Program-made: the position numbers and the translations under genes
The notes under the pieces: generated by a model
The model's input: the letters and a program-made list of their open reading frames with translations, nothing else
Told to the model about the DNA's origin: nothing
Databases searched by the model: none
Assembly (NCBI GenBank): GCA_964016885.1
Contig: OZ024752.1
Span: 19,158,001 to 19,222,000 of the forward strand
Length of the DNA: 64,000 bases
Source of the DNA: Eledone cirrhosa
Lineage: Eukaryota
Direction of reading: 5' to 3'
Part shown: positions 14,360 to 27,032 of the stretch, in pieces
Numbering within the stretch: the stretch's first letter is position 1
How the letters are laid out: each line of letters begins with the position of its first letter

Positions 14360-14480
14360 GCTGAGTGGTTAGAGAATTGGATTCGCAATCTTGAGGTTGT
14401 GAGTTTCATTCCCGGACCGGGCGATGCGTTATATCCTTGAGCAAGACACTTTATTTCACGTTGCTCCTCCCACCTGGAGT
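14357..14480 (+). mobile_element. tRNA-derived SINE head with CORE-like segment
   Basis: A box GTGGCTGAGTGGTTAG, B-box-like GAGTTTCATTCCC, then TCCTTGAGCAAGACACTTTA. Confidence 0.7.
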
Positions 14481-14666
14481 TGCGACCGATAGATAGTATT
14501 AGTAACTGGAAAGACCAACGGAAACATTGTTTCCTCGGTCCGATTTGACGAAAGTCAATCGATCCTTTTTTTTTTTTCTCATATATATCATATCATGTCT
14601 ATCTATATATATATATCTATATATATATATGTATATATATGTATATATATGTATATATATGTATAT

Positions 14667-16001
14667 ATGCAGTTCGGGTTTGTGTCAGGCAAAAGTACCA
14701 CAGACGCTCTTTTCATAGTACGACAACTACAGGAGAAGTACCTAGCTAAAGGTAAACCCCTATACTTAGCTTTTGTCGACTTGGAGAAAGCCTTCGACAG
14801 AGTCCCCCGCTCCATTATCTGGTGGGCTCTTAGAAAACTAGGCATTGACGAATGGCTTGTGAGGGCTATACAAGCCATGTATAAAGAAACAGTCAGCAAG
14901 GTTAGAATTAACAACGAATATAGTGAAGAGTTTAGCGTAAAAGTTGGCGTCCATCAGGGCTCTGTTCTCAGCCCCCTACTATTTATTATTGCCCTTCAGG
15001 CTATAACAGAGGAGTTCAAGACAGGCTGCCCATGGGAACTCCTATATGCAGACGACCTGACACTCATAGCGGAATCAATGGCCGAGCTAGAGAAGAAATT
15101 CCAAACATGGAAGCACGGCCTAGAGTCAAAAGGACTTAAAATTAACCTGGCTAAGACCAAAGTTCTAGTTTGTAGGAAAGAAAACAAGGCGGCGATCCCT
15201 TCTGGGAAATGGTCGTGCTCGGTGTGTAGGAAAGGCGTAGGTAGAAACTCCATTTTATGTCCTAAATGCAAAGTATGGGTGCATAAAAGATGTAGTGGGA
15301 TCACAGGTAAGCTAACTAAGAACATAGATTTTACATGTGGCCGGTGTTCTGGTGCAATAAGTAGCAGCAAGTGCACACAAAATACTAGCTCTTTCAATTG
15401 CGCAGAGGGTTCTATAGAAATAGTGGACAGCTTCCGTTACCTGGGCGATAAAATCAGCAGTGGGGGAGGGTGCTCTGAAAGTACTGTAGCTAGAGTCAGA
15501 ACTGGTTGGAAAAAGTTCAGAGAGCTTATACCACTATTAGCTGCTAAAGGGTTCTCCCTAAAAATGAAAGGCAGGTTGTACGATGCCTGCATACGAACAG
15601 CAATGCTGCATGGCAGTGAGACCTGGGCATTGTGTGCAGAGGATATACGCAGACTAGAGAGGAACGAAGCTTGCATGCTCCGCTGGATGTGTAACAGTAA
15701 TATACGTGAACGTCAAAGCATAAACGAACTAAGGAAAAAATTAGAGAAAAGAGGGATCAGATGTTGTTTACTCGAGAGAAGGCTACGTTGGTATGGACAC
15801 GTGATGCGCATGAAAGTCGATAGCTGTATAACAAAGTGCAGGGCAATAAAGATAGACGGTAGTCACGGAATAGGCAGACCTAGAAAAACCTGGGACGAGC
15901 TGATAAACTCCGACATCACACACTTACACCTCTCCAAGACAATGTCACTGGACCGAGACCTTTGGTGGTACTCAGTAACAGAGAAGACCCGCCTTACCTA
16001 A
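14667..16001 (+). CDS. RTE reverse transcriptase, partial ORF
   Basis: QFGF, FVDLEKAFD, YADD, PHD-like finger. The first ~24 aa of the listed ORF are microsatellite. Confidence 0.88.
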   Translation: MQFGFVSGKSTTDALFIVRQLQEKYLAKGKPLYLAFVDLEKAFDRVPRSIIWWALRKLGIDEWLVRAIQAMYKETVSKVRINNEYSEEFSVKVGVHQGSVLSPLLFIIALQAITEEFKTGCPWELLYADDLTLIAESMAELEKKFQTWKHGLESKGLKINLAKTKVLVCRKENKAAIPSGKWSCSVCRKGVGRNSILCPKCKVWVHKRCSGITGKLTKNIDFTCGRCSGAISSSKCTQNTSSFNCAEGSIEIVDSFRYLGDKISSGGGCSESTVARVRTGWKKFRELIPLLAAKGFSLKMKGRLYDACIRTAMLHGSETWALCAEDIRRLERNEACMLRWMCNSNIRERQSINELRKKLEKRGIRCCLLERRLRWYGHVMRMKVDSCITKCRAIKIDGSHGIGRPRKTWDELINSDITHLHLSKTMSLDRDLWWYSVTEKTRLT

Positions 16002-16373
16002 ATACATAGTAAAACCTACTCCAGCCAGTAGGCATCTCTAACAAAATACACCCCGTCCCACCACCACCACCCCGTTCTATGTAAAGTTATGTTGGTGCCG
16101 CGCCATCCAGGCCGAAACAAATGAGATCGTGTAGGTGTCACGACAAAAAAACACACAGTCCACGCTGTAATGTGGCCGTGTAGGCAACACGGTAAAAACC
16201 TCCCAGACCCACACTGTAAATGTGGTTGGTGTTAGGAAGGGCATCCAACTGTAGAAAACCTGCCAGACAGTCCTATGCGAGCAAGACAATCACTCTTGCC
16301 TCAAGTGGGACTACCCCCGTCCAAACCCATGCAAGCGTGGAACACGGACGTTAAACGTTGATGATGATGATGA
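14667..16373 (+). mobile_element. 5'-truncated RTE LINE (family A relative)
   Basis: Starts at MQFGF directly after (TA)n; RT C-terminal part; 3'UTR ending in (GAT)n. Confidence 0.95.
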
Positions 16374-16525
16374 TATAATAAGGGTTGACGGACCCAGCAT
16401 ATTTATCAATGCCAGTACCAGTTGTATCTCAGTGCACTCAATGGGCAATGTAAGATACATTACCAGAGTATACACATAGTTATTTGCCACAACACAACAC
16501 ACGTAAAACGGGTGCCTATAAGGTT

Positions 16526-16635
16526 CCCGGACTCGAATTTCTGCCGCACTAATACAGCAGTAAGGTGCACTGCACCATCTGTCTGCATATATTATGTAAC
16601 AATGCACAATCAGCTTATGCTGCTTCATCAGCGGG
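16526..16635 (-). ncRNA. Type I hammerhead ribozyme motif with extended stem II
   Basis: Minus strand CCCG-CTGATGA-A-GCAGCA...TGCGGC-A-GAAAT-TCGA-GTC-CGGG: intact core, GUC triplet, palindromic TCGA loop III. Confidence 0.7.
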
Positions 16636-16928
16636 TATCGCCTAATCAATAGAATTGTACTGAGAATCTTGAGGTTAGTAGCCCGCTTTTTAACCACTTT
16701 TTATATATATATATATATCATATGTATACATATATATAGGGCATTCCTGATGATTTCCTTCGAATGAAACACTTCTAGTCTTGTAGAAGCAACTTCTATA
16801 TTAAATGTAATGTTTACACTCTAGAAATGTATTAAGTATTAAGTATTAAGTTACCTCCCATTGAACCCTGCACTTATATGTATATATCTATATATATTAT
16901 AGTTATATGCATTATATATATATATATA

Positions 16929-17265
16929 TCATCATCATCATCATCATCATTTTACGCCCGCTTTTCCCTGCTTGCAAGGGTGGGACGGAAACTGATTCTG
17001 GCTTGATTTTTCCAGCTGGATGCCCTACCTAACACCAACCTCATTTACAGTGAGTACTAGGTGCTTTTTTCTGTGGCACCTCCACGTCCACTTTACAGTG
17101 TGGGCTGGGTGCTTTTTTGCCGTGGCACCTCCACGACCACTTTGCAGTGGAATGATAAGGACTCCAGTCCAATCATCTCATTTCTACAGCTGAGTAAACT
17201 GGAGCAATGTGAAATAAAGTGTCTTTTTCAAGGAAAAATACATCACCCGGTCTGAGAATTGAACT

Positions 17266-17270
<5 letters not shown>
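16929..17270 (-). mobile_element. SINE with tRNA/CORE-like head and RTE-family-A 3' tail
   Basis: Reverse complement of 49125-49440; the tail matches the RTE 3'UTR and (GAT)n. Confidence 0.8.
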
Positions 17271-17336
<66 letters not shown>

Positions 17337-17477
17337 GTGTGTATATATATATGCGTTACAGATAAATATATATATATGCATTATATATATATATATATAT
17401 GCATTATATATATTATAAATATATTATCATCATCATAATTTTACGTCCGCTTTTCCCTGCTTATTATATATATATAA

Positions 17478-17668
17478 GGGCGGTGGATTGGCAGTATCGG
17501 TAGAGGGTCGGATGCCATGCTTTGACGCATAGAGTTACGTCCCTTTATGATCTGAGTTCAAATCCCACCGAGGTTAACTTTGCCTTTCATCCTTACGGGG
17601 TCGATAAAGTAAAGTACCAGTAATGTACTGGTAATTTGCTGGCCTTGTGCCTAAAATAGAAACAATTA
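17478..17668 (+). mobile_element. tRNA-derived SINE with Nin/Deu-like central domain
   Basis: GGGCGGTGGATTGGCAG...GAGTTCAAATCCC...CCTTTCATCCTTACGGGGTCGATAAA..AAGTACCAG...AGAAACAATTA. Confidence 0.85.
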
Positions 17669-17954
17669 TATATATTATATTATATATATTATATTATATA
17701 TATATATTATATATATATTATATATATATATTATATATATATTATATATATTATATTATATATATATTATATATATACTGTATATATATATTATATATAT
17801 ATATATATATCATCATCATCATCGTTTAACGTCCATATATATATATATATTATATATTATATATATATATATATATAACGAAGGAAATGTGGTAAGGAAC
17901 CAGGTGGACCATAACGCACCAAAGTACTCAATACTTGAGGTAGTAGAGTGGGTA

Positions 17955-18065
17955 ATAGGAACCAGTAAGACCCCGACAGCTGAGCTCAAGCCGTTTCGAC
18001 GGCTAATTCTGTCCAGAATTAGCCGTCGAAACGGCTTGAGCTCAGCTGTCGGGGTCTTACTGGTT

Positions 18066-18070
<5 letters not shown>
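17955..18070. repeat. Perfect 116-bp hairpin of a PLE-like terminal fragment
   Basis: 56-bp arms around GTCC. Related fragments at 12466-12525 and 6904-6980. Confidence 0.9.
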
Positions 18071-18112
<42 letters not shown>

Positions 18113-18174
18113 ATATATATATTATATATATATTATATATATATTATATATATATATTATATATATATATATAT

Positions 18175-18292
<118 letters not shown>

Positions 18293-18700
18293 TATATATA
18301 TATATTATATATATATTTTATATATATATATATTTTATATATATATATATTATATATATTTATATATATATATTATATATATATATTATATATATGCCTT
18401 GTCTGGCCTTGTCTGGCTTTCTGGAGAATAGAGGAAAGGTGTTTCCTCAAAAACCAGTATGACTCTAAAAACCGGTTTGTCTGTGTGTTTACATACAGAA
18501 TAGCTGGCCACTCACAGTAAAGTGACCAGTGAAAAAAACTTGGTACATCTACATATGTATACGTGTGTGTATTCATATACATACTAGTATTTCAGTATAC
18601 ATATATGGATGTACATCTTTAACTTAATTGTTTAAGTGTCAGTCATACAAAAGTGAGTTACAAACGAAACGAAATTTAATTTCGTTTCGTTATTTGTTTT

Positions 18701-18736
<36 letters not shown>

Positions 18737-18770
18737 ATTATATATATATATATATATTATATTATATATA

Positions 18771-18850
<80 letters not shown>

Positions 18851-18965
18851 TATATTATATATATATATTATATATATATATATTATATATATATATTAAA
18901 TATGTATTATATACATATATATATATATTATATATGTATTATATATATATATATTATATATATAT

Positions 18966-18996
<31 letters not shown>

Positions 18997-19200
18997 ATAT
19001 ATATTATATATATATTATATATATATTATATATTATATATATATTATATATATATATATATTATATATATATATATATTATATATATATTATATATATAT
19101 ATATATTATATATATATTATATATTATATATATATATATATTATATATATATTAGATATATATTATATATAGATATAGATATTATATATATATTATATAT

Positions 19201-19233
<33 letters not shown>

Positions 19234-19266
19234 ATATATTATATATATTATATATATATTATATAT

Positions 19267-19299
<33 letters not shown>

Positions 19300-19310
19300 A
19301 TATTATATAT

Positions 19311-19342
<32 letters not shown>

Positions 19343-19354
19343 ATATATATATTA

Positions 19355-19400
<46 letters not shown>

Positions 19401-19646
19401 AAATATAAGTATGTATACGTACATACATATATGTATACAGACGTACAGTACTATGTACATATATACATACATGCACACATATATATACGTATGGATTTAC
19501 CGAGCATTTATTATAATGCTCGGTTTGTTTGTAAACAATTCGTTTCATTTTTTCCATTTATATATATTATATATATATATATTTTATATATATATTATAT
19601 ATATATATATATATTTTATATATATATTATATATATATATATATAT

Positions 19647-19679
<33 letters not shown>

Positions 19680-19723
19680 ATATATATTATATATATTATA
19701 TATATTATATATATTATATATAT

Positions 19724-19754
<31 letters not shown>

Positions 19755-19920
19755 CATATTATATATATATATTATATATTTATTATATATTATATATATA
19801 TATATTATATATATATTATATATATTTATATCTATTTTATATATATATATTATATATATATATATTATATATATATTATATATATATATATTATATATAT
19901 ATTATATATATTATATATAA

Positions 19921-20112
19921 GGGCAGTGGATTGGCAGTATCGGTAGAGGGTCGGACGCCATGCTTTGAAGCATAGAGTTACGTCCCTTTATGATCTGAGT
20001 TCAAATCCCGCCGAAGTTAACTTTGCCTTTCATCCTTACGGGGGTCGATAAAATAAAGTACCAGTAATGTACTGGGTAATTGCTGGCCTTGTGCCAAAAG
20101 TAGAAACAATTA
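19921..20112 (+). mobile_element. Nin/Deu-like tRNA SINE
   Basis: Near-identical to 17478-17668. Confidence 0.88.
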
Positions 20113-20175
20113 TATATATTATATATATATATTATATATCATAAAATATATATATATATATATATTATATATTAT

Positions 20176-20213
<38 letters not shown>

Positions 20214-20446
20214 TTTAAACATATTATAAATATATTATATATATATTATATATATATATTATATATATATATATATATTATATATATTATATATATATTA
20301 TATATATATATTATATATATACATTATATATATTATATATATATATATATATATTATATATACATACATATGAGTTTCAGAAGATCCCGCTAAGGCTGTA
20401 AGCAATGATTCTTTGCTTAAACTTTAATCTGTTATTTTAATAAATA

Positions 20447-20503
<57 letters not shown>

Positions 20504-21631
20504 ACACATACATGTGTGTGTGTGTGTATATTATATATATTTATATATAGATATTTCATATAGCATTACGCATGCACATATACATATATATATACATGAA
20601 CGTTTGTGTGTGTATATCATATATATAAGATATACATATTACTTATAGCTTCACATATATACATCCATCCATATATATATATATGTATGTCTGTATGCGT
20701 GAGTGTATGTGTGCACATGCTCACACATACACATCTATGTGTCTTTATGTGTCCTTTATTTTCTTCATCTTTTACAGTTATCTTTGTACAACGATAAAAG
20801 TTTAAATAATTTCATCCTCTTTTTCTTTCTTTTTTCCACAATAATATTCGTCTTCTGATGCCTTGTATTTTTTTATCATTAATTCTATTAAACACCACTA
20901 ATCGATATGTTTAAAAATTTACACACTATCAAACAAACGCACGCACGCACGCACACACACACACACAGACATATAAACATTGAATTTATTTAAACTTTTT
21001 CTGTGTTGATTCCTTATGATAGACAACTCCCTGTAACTGTCACACGCACACATATTTTAGCACACACACATATATTGTCACACGCATATACTGTCACACG
21101 CACACATATATTGTCACACACATATACTGTCACACGCACACATATTTTCGCACTCACACACATTTTCATTGAATGTATTTCAACTTTTTCTGTGTTGATT
21201 CCTTATGATAGACAACTGCCTGTAACTGTCTGTCATTCAATGATATTTTCCCCTCATTTATAGTTATTTATAAGTAGCAATGGGTGAGTCACTAGCACAT
21301 CAGATTGAATGCTCTGTAGTGTTTCTTCCAGCTATCTCTCTCTTCTGAGTTCTAATCTGGCTGAGATCAACTTTGCTTTTCATTCTTTCCAAGTCAATAA
21401 GAAAGTACCAGTCAAATACTGTGGTTGATTCTTCCTCTATATCTTACTTCCTCTCTATCACTTTCTTTCTCTCCTTCTCTGGAAGAAATAAGCTATGTTC
21501 AGACCAGGAGTTGAGATGGTCTCCACCATGTATACATTTCCCCCCAAAATGCTACATGTCAACTTTTACTATGCTTAATAGTTGGTGGCTGTTTTCATAG
21601 CTTCTTCCACAATTGAGATTCTGATTTTGGT

Positions 21632-22096
21632 TGGTTTGAACAGAAAGAGTTGAGAGAATTCTGGCCAGATATGACTGGTTTGAACAGAAAGAGTTGAGAG
21701 AATTCTGGCCAGATATGACTGGTTTGAACAGAAAGAGTTGAGAGAATTCTGGCCAGATATGACTGGTTTGAACAGAAAGAGTTGAGAGAATTCTGGCCAG
21801 ATATGACTGGTTTGAACAGAAAGAGTTGAGAGAATTCTGGCCAGATATGACTGGTTTGAACAGAAAGAGTTGAGAGAATTCTGGCCAGATATGACTGGTT
21901 TGAACAGAAAGAGTTGAGAGAATTCTGGCCAGATATGGCTGGTTTGAACAGAAAGAGTTGAGAGAATTCTGGCCAGATATGGCTGGTTTGAACAGAAAGA
22001 GTTGAGAGAATTCTGGCCAGATATGGCTGGTTTGAACAGAAAGAGTTGAGAGAATTCTGGCCAGATATGGCTGGTTTAAATGCTAAAAAGGTTTAA
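21632..22096. repeat. 44-bp minisatellite (~10 copies) derived from a piggyBac-like MITE end
   Basis: Unit TGGTTTGAACAGAAAGAGTTGAGAGAATTCTGGCCAGATATG(A/G)C; the array runs into the MITE terminus TTTAAATGCTAAAAAGGTTTAA. Confidence 0.92.
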
Positions 22097-22321
22097 TCAG
22101 AAATTATCAATTAATTAAAATAAGGTGTATTTCATTAGTGGAATTCTCATGAAAGAGTTAAATAGAGTTTTGTCTACCAACAACATGAATAAAATTAATA
22201 GTTGTATTAATTTCTTTCTTTAGAATCTTCATTATTTAAATATATTACAATTATTATGAAAGTTATCCAACCATAAAAACAGTTTTCTGCGGACAACTAT
22301 AATTGTTATCAATAACATCTG

Positions 22322-22344
22322 TATAGTTGTTATGTTGGTAACTG

Positions 22345-22385
<41 letters not shown>

Positions 22386-22446
22386 GTTGTTATGTTGGTA
22401 ACTGATATATATATATATATATATATAGTTGTTATGTTGGTAACTG

Positions 22447-22493
<47 letters not shown>

Positions 22494-22506
22494 TTACCAA
22501 CATAAC

Positions 22507-22554
<48 letters not shown>

Positions 22555-22573
22555 CGGTTACCAACATAACAAC

Positions 22574-22604
<31 letters not shown>

Positions 22605-22665
22605 CAGTTACCAACATAACAACTATATATATATATATATATATATCAGTTACCAACATAACAAC

Positions 22666-22696
<31 letters not shown>

Positions 22697-22752
22697 CAGT
22701 TACCAACATAACAACTATATATATATATATATATATCAGTTACCAACATAAC

Positions 22753-22789
<37 letters not shown>

Positions 22790-22802
22790 TTACCAACATA
22801 AC

Positions 22803-22840
<38 letters not shown>
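22322..22840. repeat. 22-bp unit array with (TA)n spacers and an orientation switch
   Basis: AGTTGTTATGTTGGTAACTGAT x3, then its reverse complement x7. Confidence 0.9.
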
Positions 22841-22843
<3 letters not shown>

Positions 22844-23199
22844 GTGTGTGTATATATATTTATTTTTATACACATATATATTACATTGTTGCCTCTGGGG
22901 AGAGGTAGTTACTCATAAAACATCCACTCGAATTACATCAGTTCCAAGTCACATATACTTTTGCCACATATCTGTACAGTTGCTATAGTGATACCATTCA
23001 CAACTGATTTACTGATAACCACATACTACATATCTACTAAACAGTCCAAGTAATAAATTATTATCATTATTATTGATATGGATAATTTTTCCTTCATAAA
23101 TGTTTTAATTATTGATAACTGATTTTTATCTGATTCGGGCACTATATCTATTGCCATATTTCTACTAGAAACCATTATTAATATTGTTCTTTGAGTTCA

Positions 23200-23388
23200 G
23201 GGCGGTGGATTGGCAGTATCGGTAGAGAGTCGGACGCCATGCTTTCCAGCATAGTTACGTCTCTTTACGATCTGAGTTCAAATCCCGCCGAGGTTGACTT
23301 TGCCTTTCATCCTTACGGGTCGATAAAATAAAGTACCAGTAATGCACTGGGTAATTGCTGGCCTTGTGCCTAAAGTAGAAACAATTAT
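23200..23388 (+). mobile_element. Nin/Deu-like tRNA SINE with target-site duplication
   Basis: Flanked on both sides by TATTGTTCTTTGAGT. Confidence 0.88.
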
Positions 23389-23466
23389 TGTTCTTTGAGT
23401 CTCAGTCATTGATGTTATTTAACTGGAAAGTTTGTTGAAATGAATATCAAGCCACTACCTGCAGCC

Positions 23467-24050
23467 TCAGATATTCAGGACATATCGGAGGGTTCTTGCT
23501 GTTCCCAGCAAGCATGCCTTTTGAAGTGTTCCAAACAACGGGGCTGGACTAATCTTCTTTAACCATCCTGGGAAACTCTTTGAGATAGTACCTAGTGCGC
23601 CTATGACAATCGGGACAACCTTGACTTCATGGCAGTTCCAAATCCTTGTTAACTCCCACTTTAAGTCCTGGTATCGGTTAATTTTCTCCCTCTCATTTTC
23701 TTGCACTCTCGTGTCAAATGGGTAGGCTACATCTACAATCAGGCACGATCTTTTTTCCTTGTCCAAAACCAATTAGTGTTCTAATTTCTTGTCCGTCTGT
23801 ATCCTAAAATCCCATAGCACCTTCACCTGATCATTTTCTATCACCGACTCTAGCTTGTGCTATACCACTTCTCAGAATGTGGTAAATTGTTTACTTTGCA
23901 TAGGTGCCAGTGGATCACCCTGCCTATCACATCATGTCTCCAGCCTTTATAGTGAGTCTGGGCTAGGTGTTTACACTCGGATACAATGTGAGCCACAGTC
24001 TCCTCTCTCTCTCCACAGATCCTACACAGTGAGCTAGCCTCCTCCTTGTA
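23467..24050 (-). mobile_element. R4/Dong-like non-LTR retrotransposon 3' fragment (CCHC knuckle + restriction-like endonuclease), disrupted
   Basis: CRICGEREETVAHIVSEC, WRHD, LWDFRIQTD, LIVDVAYPFD, EKINRYQDL, VVPIVIGALG. Confidence 0.85.
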
Positions 24051-24071
24051 AATAGAAACCATTATTATTAT

Positions 24072-24447
24072 GGACGCCATGCTTTCCAGCAGAGTTATGT
24101 CCCTTTACGGTCTCGGTTCAAATCCCGCCGAGGTTAACTTTGCCTTTCATCCTTACGGGGTCGATAAAATAAAGTACCAGTAATGTACTGGGTAATTGCT
24201 GGCCTTGTGCCAAAAGTAGAAACAATTATTATTATTATTATTATTATTATTAGGGCGGTGGATTGGCAGAACCGGTAGTGACAGACAACATACTTTATGG
24301 CTTAGTTACGGCCCTTTACATTCTGAGTTCAAATCCCACCGAGGTTAACTTTGCCTTTCATCCTTACAGGGTCGATAAAATAAAGTACCAGTAATGTACT
24401 GGGTAATTGCTGGCCTTGTGCCAAAAGTAGAAACAATTATTATTATT
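24072..24447 (+). mobile_element. Two tandem Nin/Deu-like SINEs
   Basis: 5'-truncated copy with (TTA)n tail at 24072-24252, followed by a full copy at 24253-24447. Confidence 0.85.
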
Positions 24448-24732
24448 TACTAGTGTAAGGGATATTATTTGATAGAAGTTCATTTAGCCAGATGATGTTA
24501 ACTCTTAACATCTTGTAATGATTTAGCAGAAAATATTTGTTAATTCAAATGCTTATATTTACCTTTATTAGTGAACAGACTGTTGTAAAAATTTACAGTA
24601 TTAGGGCAAAGACTATAATTGTTAATGTGATACAATTATAGTTCTGTGTTGTACTTTTCAAGAGTGTCTTGTTCATCTAGTTTGATGTGGTAGATGTTAA
24701 GAGTTAAGTAATATCTTGAAATAACATAAAGC

Positions 24733-24948
24733 TTAACCCTTTAGCATTTACATTACTCTATATTTACTATTGTATTTTCATGGTAAAGGCTTTACCTCAC
24801 ATAATATCAAATCTATGAGATTTTGGTATTATTTATTTTGAGAACAATACCTTCACATCAGTATGAGTGGCCAGTTACAGCCAGTTTGAACAGAAAGAGG
24901 TAAGAGAATTCTGGCTGGATATGGCCAATTTAAATTCTAATGGGTTAA
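24733..24948. mobile_element. piggyBac-like MITE family 1
   Basis: TTAA-CCCTTTAGCATTTA...TAAATTCTAATGGG-TTAA. Other copies at 27033-27260, 27723-27949, 40031-40257 and 40981-41150. Confidence 0.8.
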
Positions 24949-26496
24949 GCAATAATTCAAGCACTTTGTACTTTGGTTAGAAAAAGTGTTTTCTTTATTT
25001 AATCGAAACACTTAACAACAATAGTGTATTATGTTTGAAATCTTATTTTTACCGAAACTTCATTTGTATTTGCCAGTGAATTGGCAGAGTCGTTAGAGCA
25101 TCAGATTAAATGACTTGCTGTCTGTTTTGATTCTCTTCATTCAAAGTTCAGATCCTGCTGAGGTCAACTTTGTCTTTCAAAGTTGATAAAGTACCAATCC
25201 AGTGTTTGTAGATTTGTGGAATTGTTAAACTGTAAGGCACACGGGACACTTTACAGTATCTGTTCTGGTTTTGTACATTTTGAGTTCAAATCCTGCCGCC
25301 TTCATCAGAAAAGGGGTGATGTTTCTGCCAGGTGTGGTAACTGGTATATAGTATCAGCAATGGAAGGACCAATGGAAAACAAAATAGTTTCCTTGGTCTA
25401 ATCTGACAATCAGCTCCTTCCATTCTTTTTTTAGATAAAATCTTTATTGAAAAATATGGAATCTGTAACATAACACAGCAAACCAATAAAATCTTAGAAA
25501 GTATGATATATAAACATTCTTTATAGACATCTACTTATAGAAATGGACACTAAATGGCCAAATGGTTAAGTAGTTCACTTGACAATCATAAGGTTCTGGG
25601 TTTAATTCCACCGTGTAGCATTTTGGGCAAGTAGCATGTACCATATATAGCCATGGGTCAACCCAAGCCATGTCATTGAAATTGGGTTGATGAAACTGTG
25701 TGGAAGCCTGTAATTCAAATTTTGTTACTGTGTCATACTGAATCTCCCTGAAAAATACGTTAAGGATACATGTGCTTGTGGCAGGATCTGCCACTTACAA
25801 TACAAGATGAACTATACCTGTAATCCAAAGAGCCAGTTATGTTACACACTGTCTCATGCTGAATCTCCCTGAGAATTATCTTTGCGGAATGCATAGCCAC
25901 TTGCGTGTTAATTTCACAAGCAGGTTGTTCCATTGATCAAACAACTGGAGGAGTCATCGTTGAAAGTGACTGAGGTCCATTCCATATATATATCGAGAGG
26001 TGCATGCTAGTCATTTTTATGGATTGTTTCCCTTGACACTACATTATTCATTGAGGGGAGGTTACTCTATGGTGCATTATGTCACTGACAGCGTGTTGAA
26101 GGTTAAATAACAGAAATTTTTATTGAGTTCTGTGTAAGTCTTTAAACAATATCTGTTCATGTTGCAATTAAGATTTCGTCAATCTTACAGAAAGTTTGAG
26201 AAAATGCATGGCATGCTCTCTTGCATCTTCCTGCATGTTGCTATTTCAATATATGTTTTAATATGCTTTTTTTATATGAAGTGAATTTATATCACCTGAA
26301 AAACCAGCAAGTTCTTAATATAAATTGTATTTTTTGTTGTTGTTTTTGTGTGATTTTTTTTAATGATCTTTAATTATATTTATGTGTTTATTTATTTATA
26401 TTTCATTTAAAAATGAAATTATTAAAAAATAATATTTATAAATTAGTAGTTTATCCAGTTAAATTAGAAAAAATATATTCCATTCTACTTTATGTA

Positions 26497-26842
26497 CTCT
26501 CAGGTCCCAAATAATAGGGGGTGGGGTGGAATAAGCAGGGTGGGGGTGAACATCTGCTTAAATTCTTATAAGTGGAGGTGGGGGGGATAAATAGGATCAG
26601 TAGTTGTATAGTGTACGTTCGTAAATAAGGGATTTCTTGTAATGTTCTTTTTTTTTGTCATATATAATGTTTTTTTAATGTAAAATGAAATTATTATTAG
26701 ATTCTCCAGCTGCTGTATCAATATGAATCACTTACAATAAAATTTAGCCAGGGATAGATTAGCAAAATTTAATAAGTGGGGTGGGGGTGGGGTCTGGAAA
26801 ATTAATAAGAGGGGTGGGTGGGGGACGATTAGGACCTGAGAG
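26497..26842. mobile_element. TA-flanked MITE with G-rich subterminal tracts
   Basis: TA-CTCTCAGGTCC...GGACCTGAGAG-TA terminal inverted repeats. Confidence 0.65.
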
Positions 26843-27032
26843 TATCGATTTGGTAATTTTACTGTTTAATTTTTTCATATCATCTGAATAATAATTAAGC
26901 ATTACATCAAATGGTTTATCTATTTTATTATAATACATGTTGGAATATTTAATATAATGTAATAAATCACATGTTATGTTAGTAACATATTGATACTTGA
27001 ATCAGATAAAGTCTGTTTCATCCCTCGTTTGT

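Noticed and set aside
14357-14425. tRNA gene
   Set aside because: A/B boxes continue into a SINE body and no complete cloverleaf is evident.
20980-21230. ~60-bp direct repeat around a CA-rich tract
   Set aside because: Most simply a local slippage duplication with no element hallmarks.
22322-22840. CRISPR-like repeat-spacer pattern
   Set aside because: Spacers are just (TA)n, the context is eukaryotic, and there are no cas genes.
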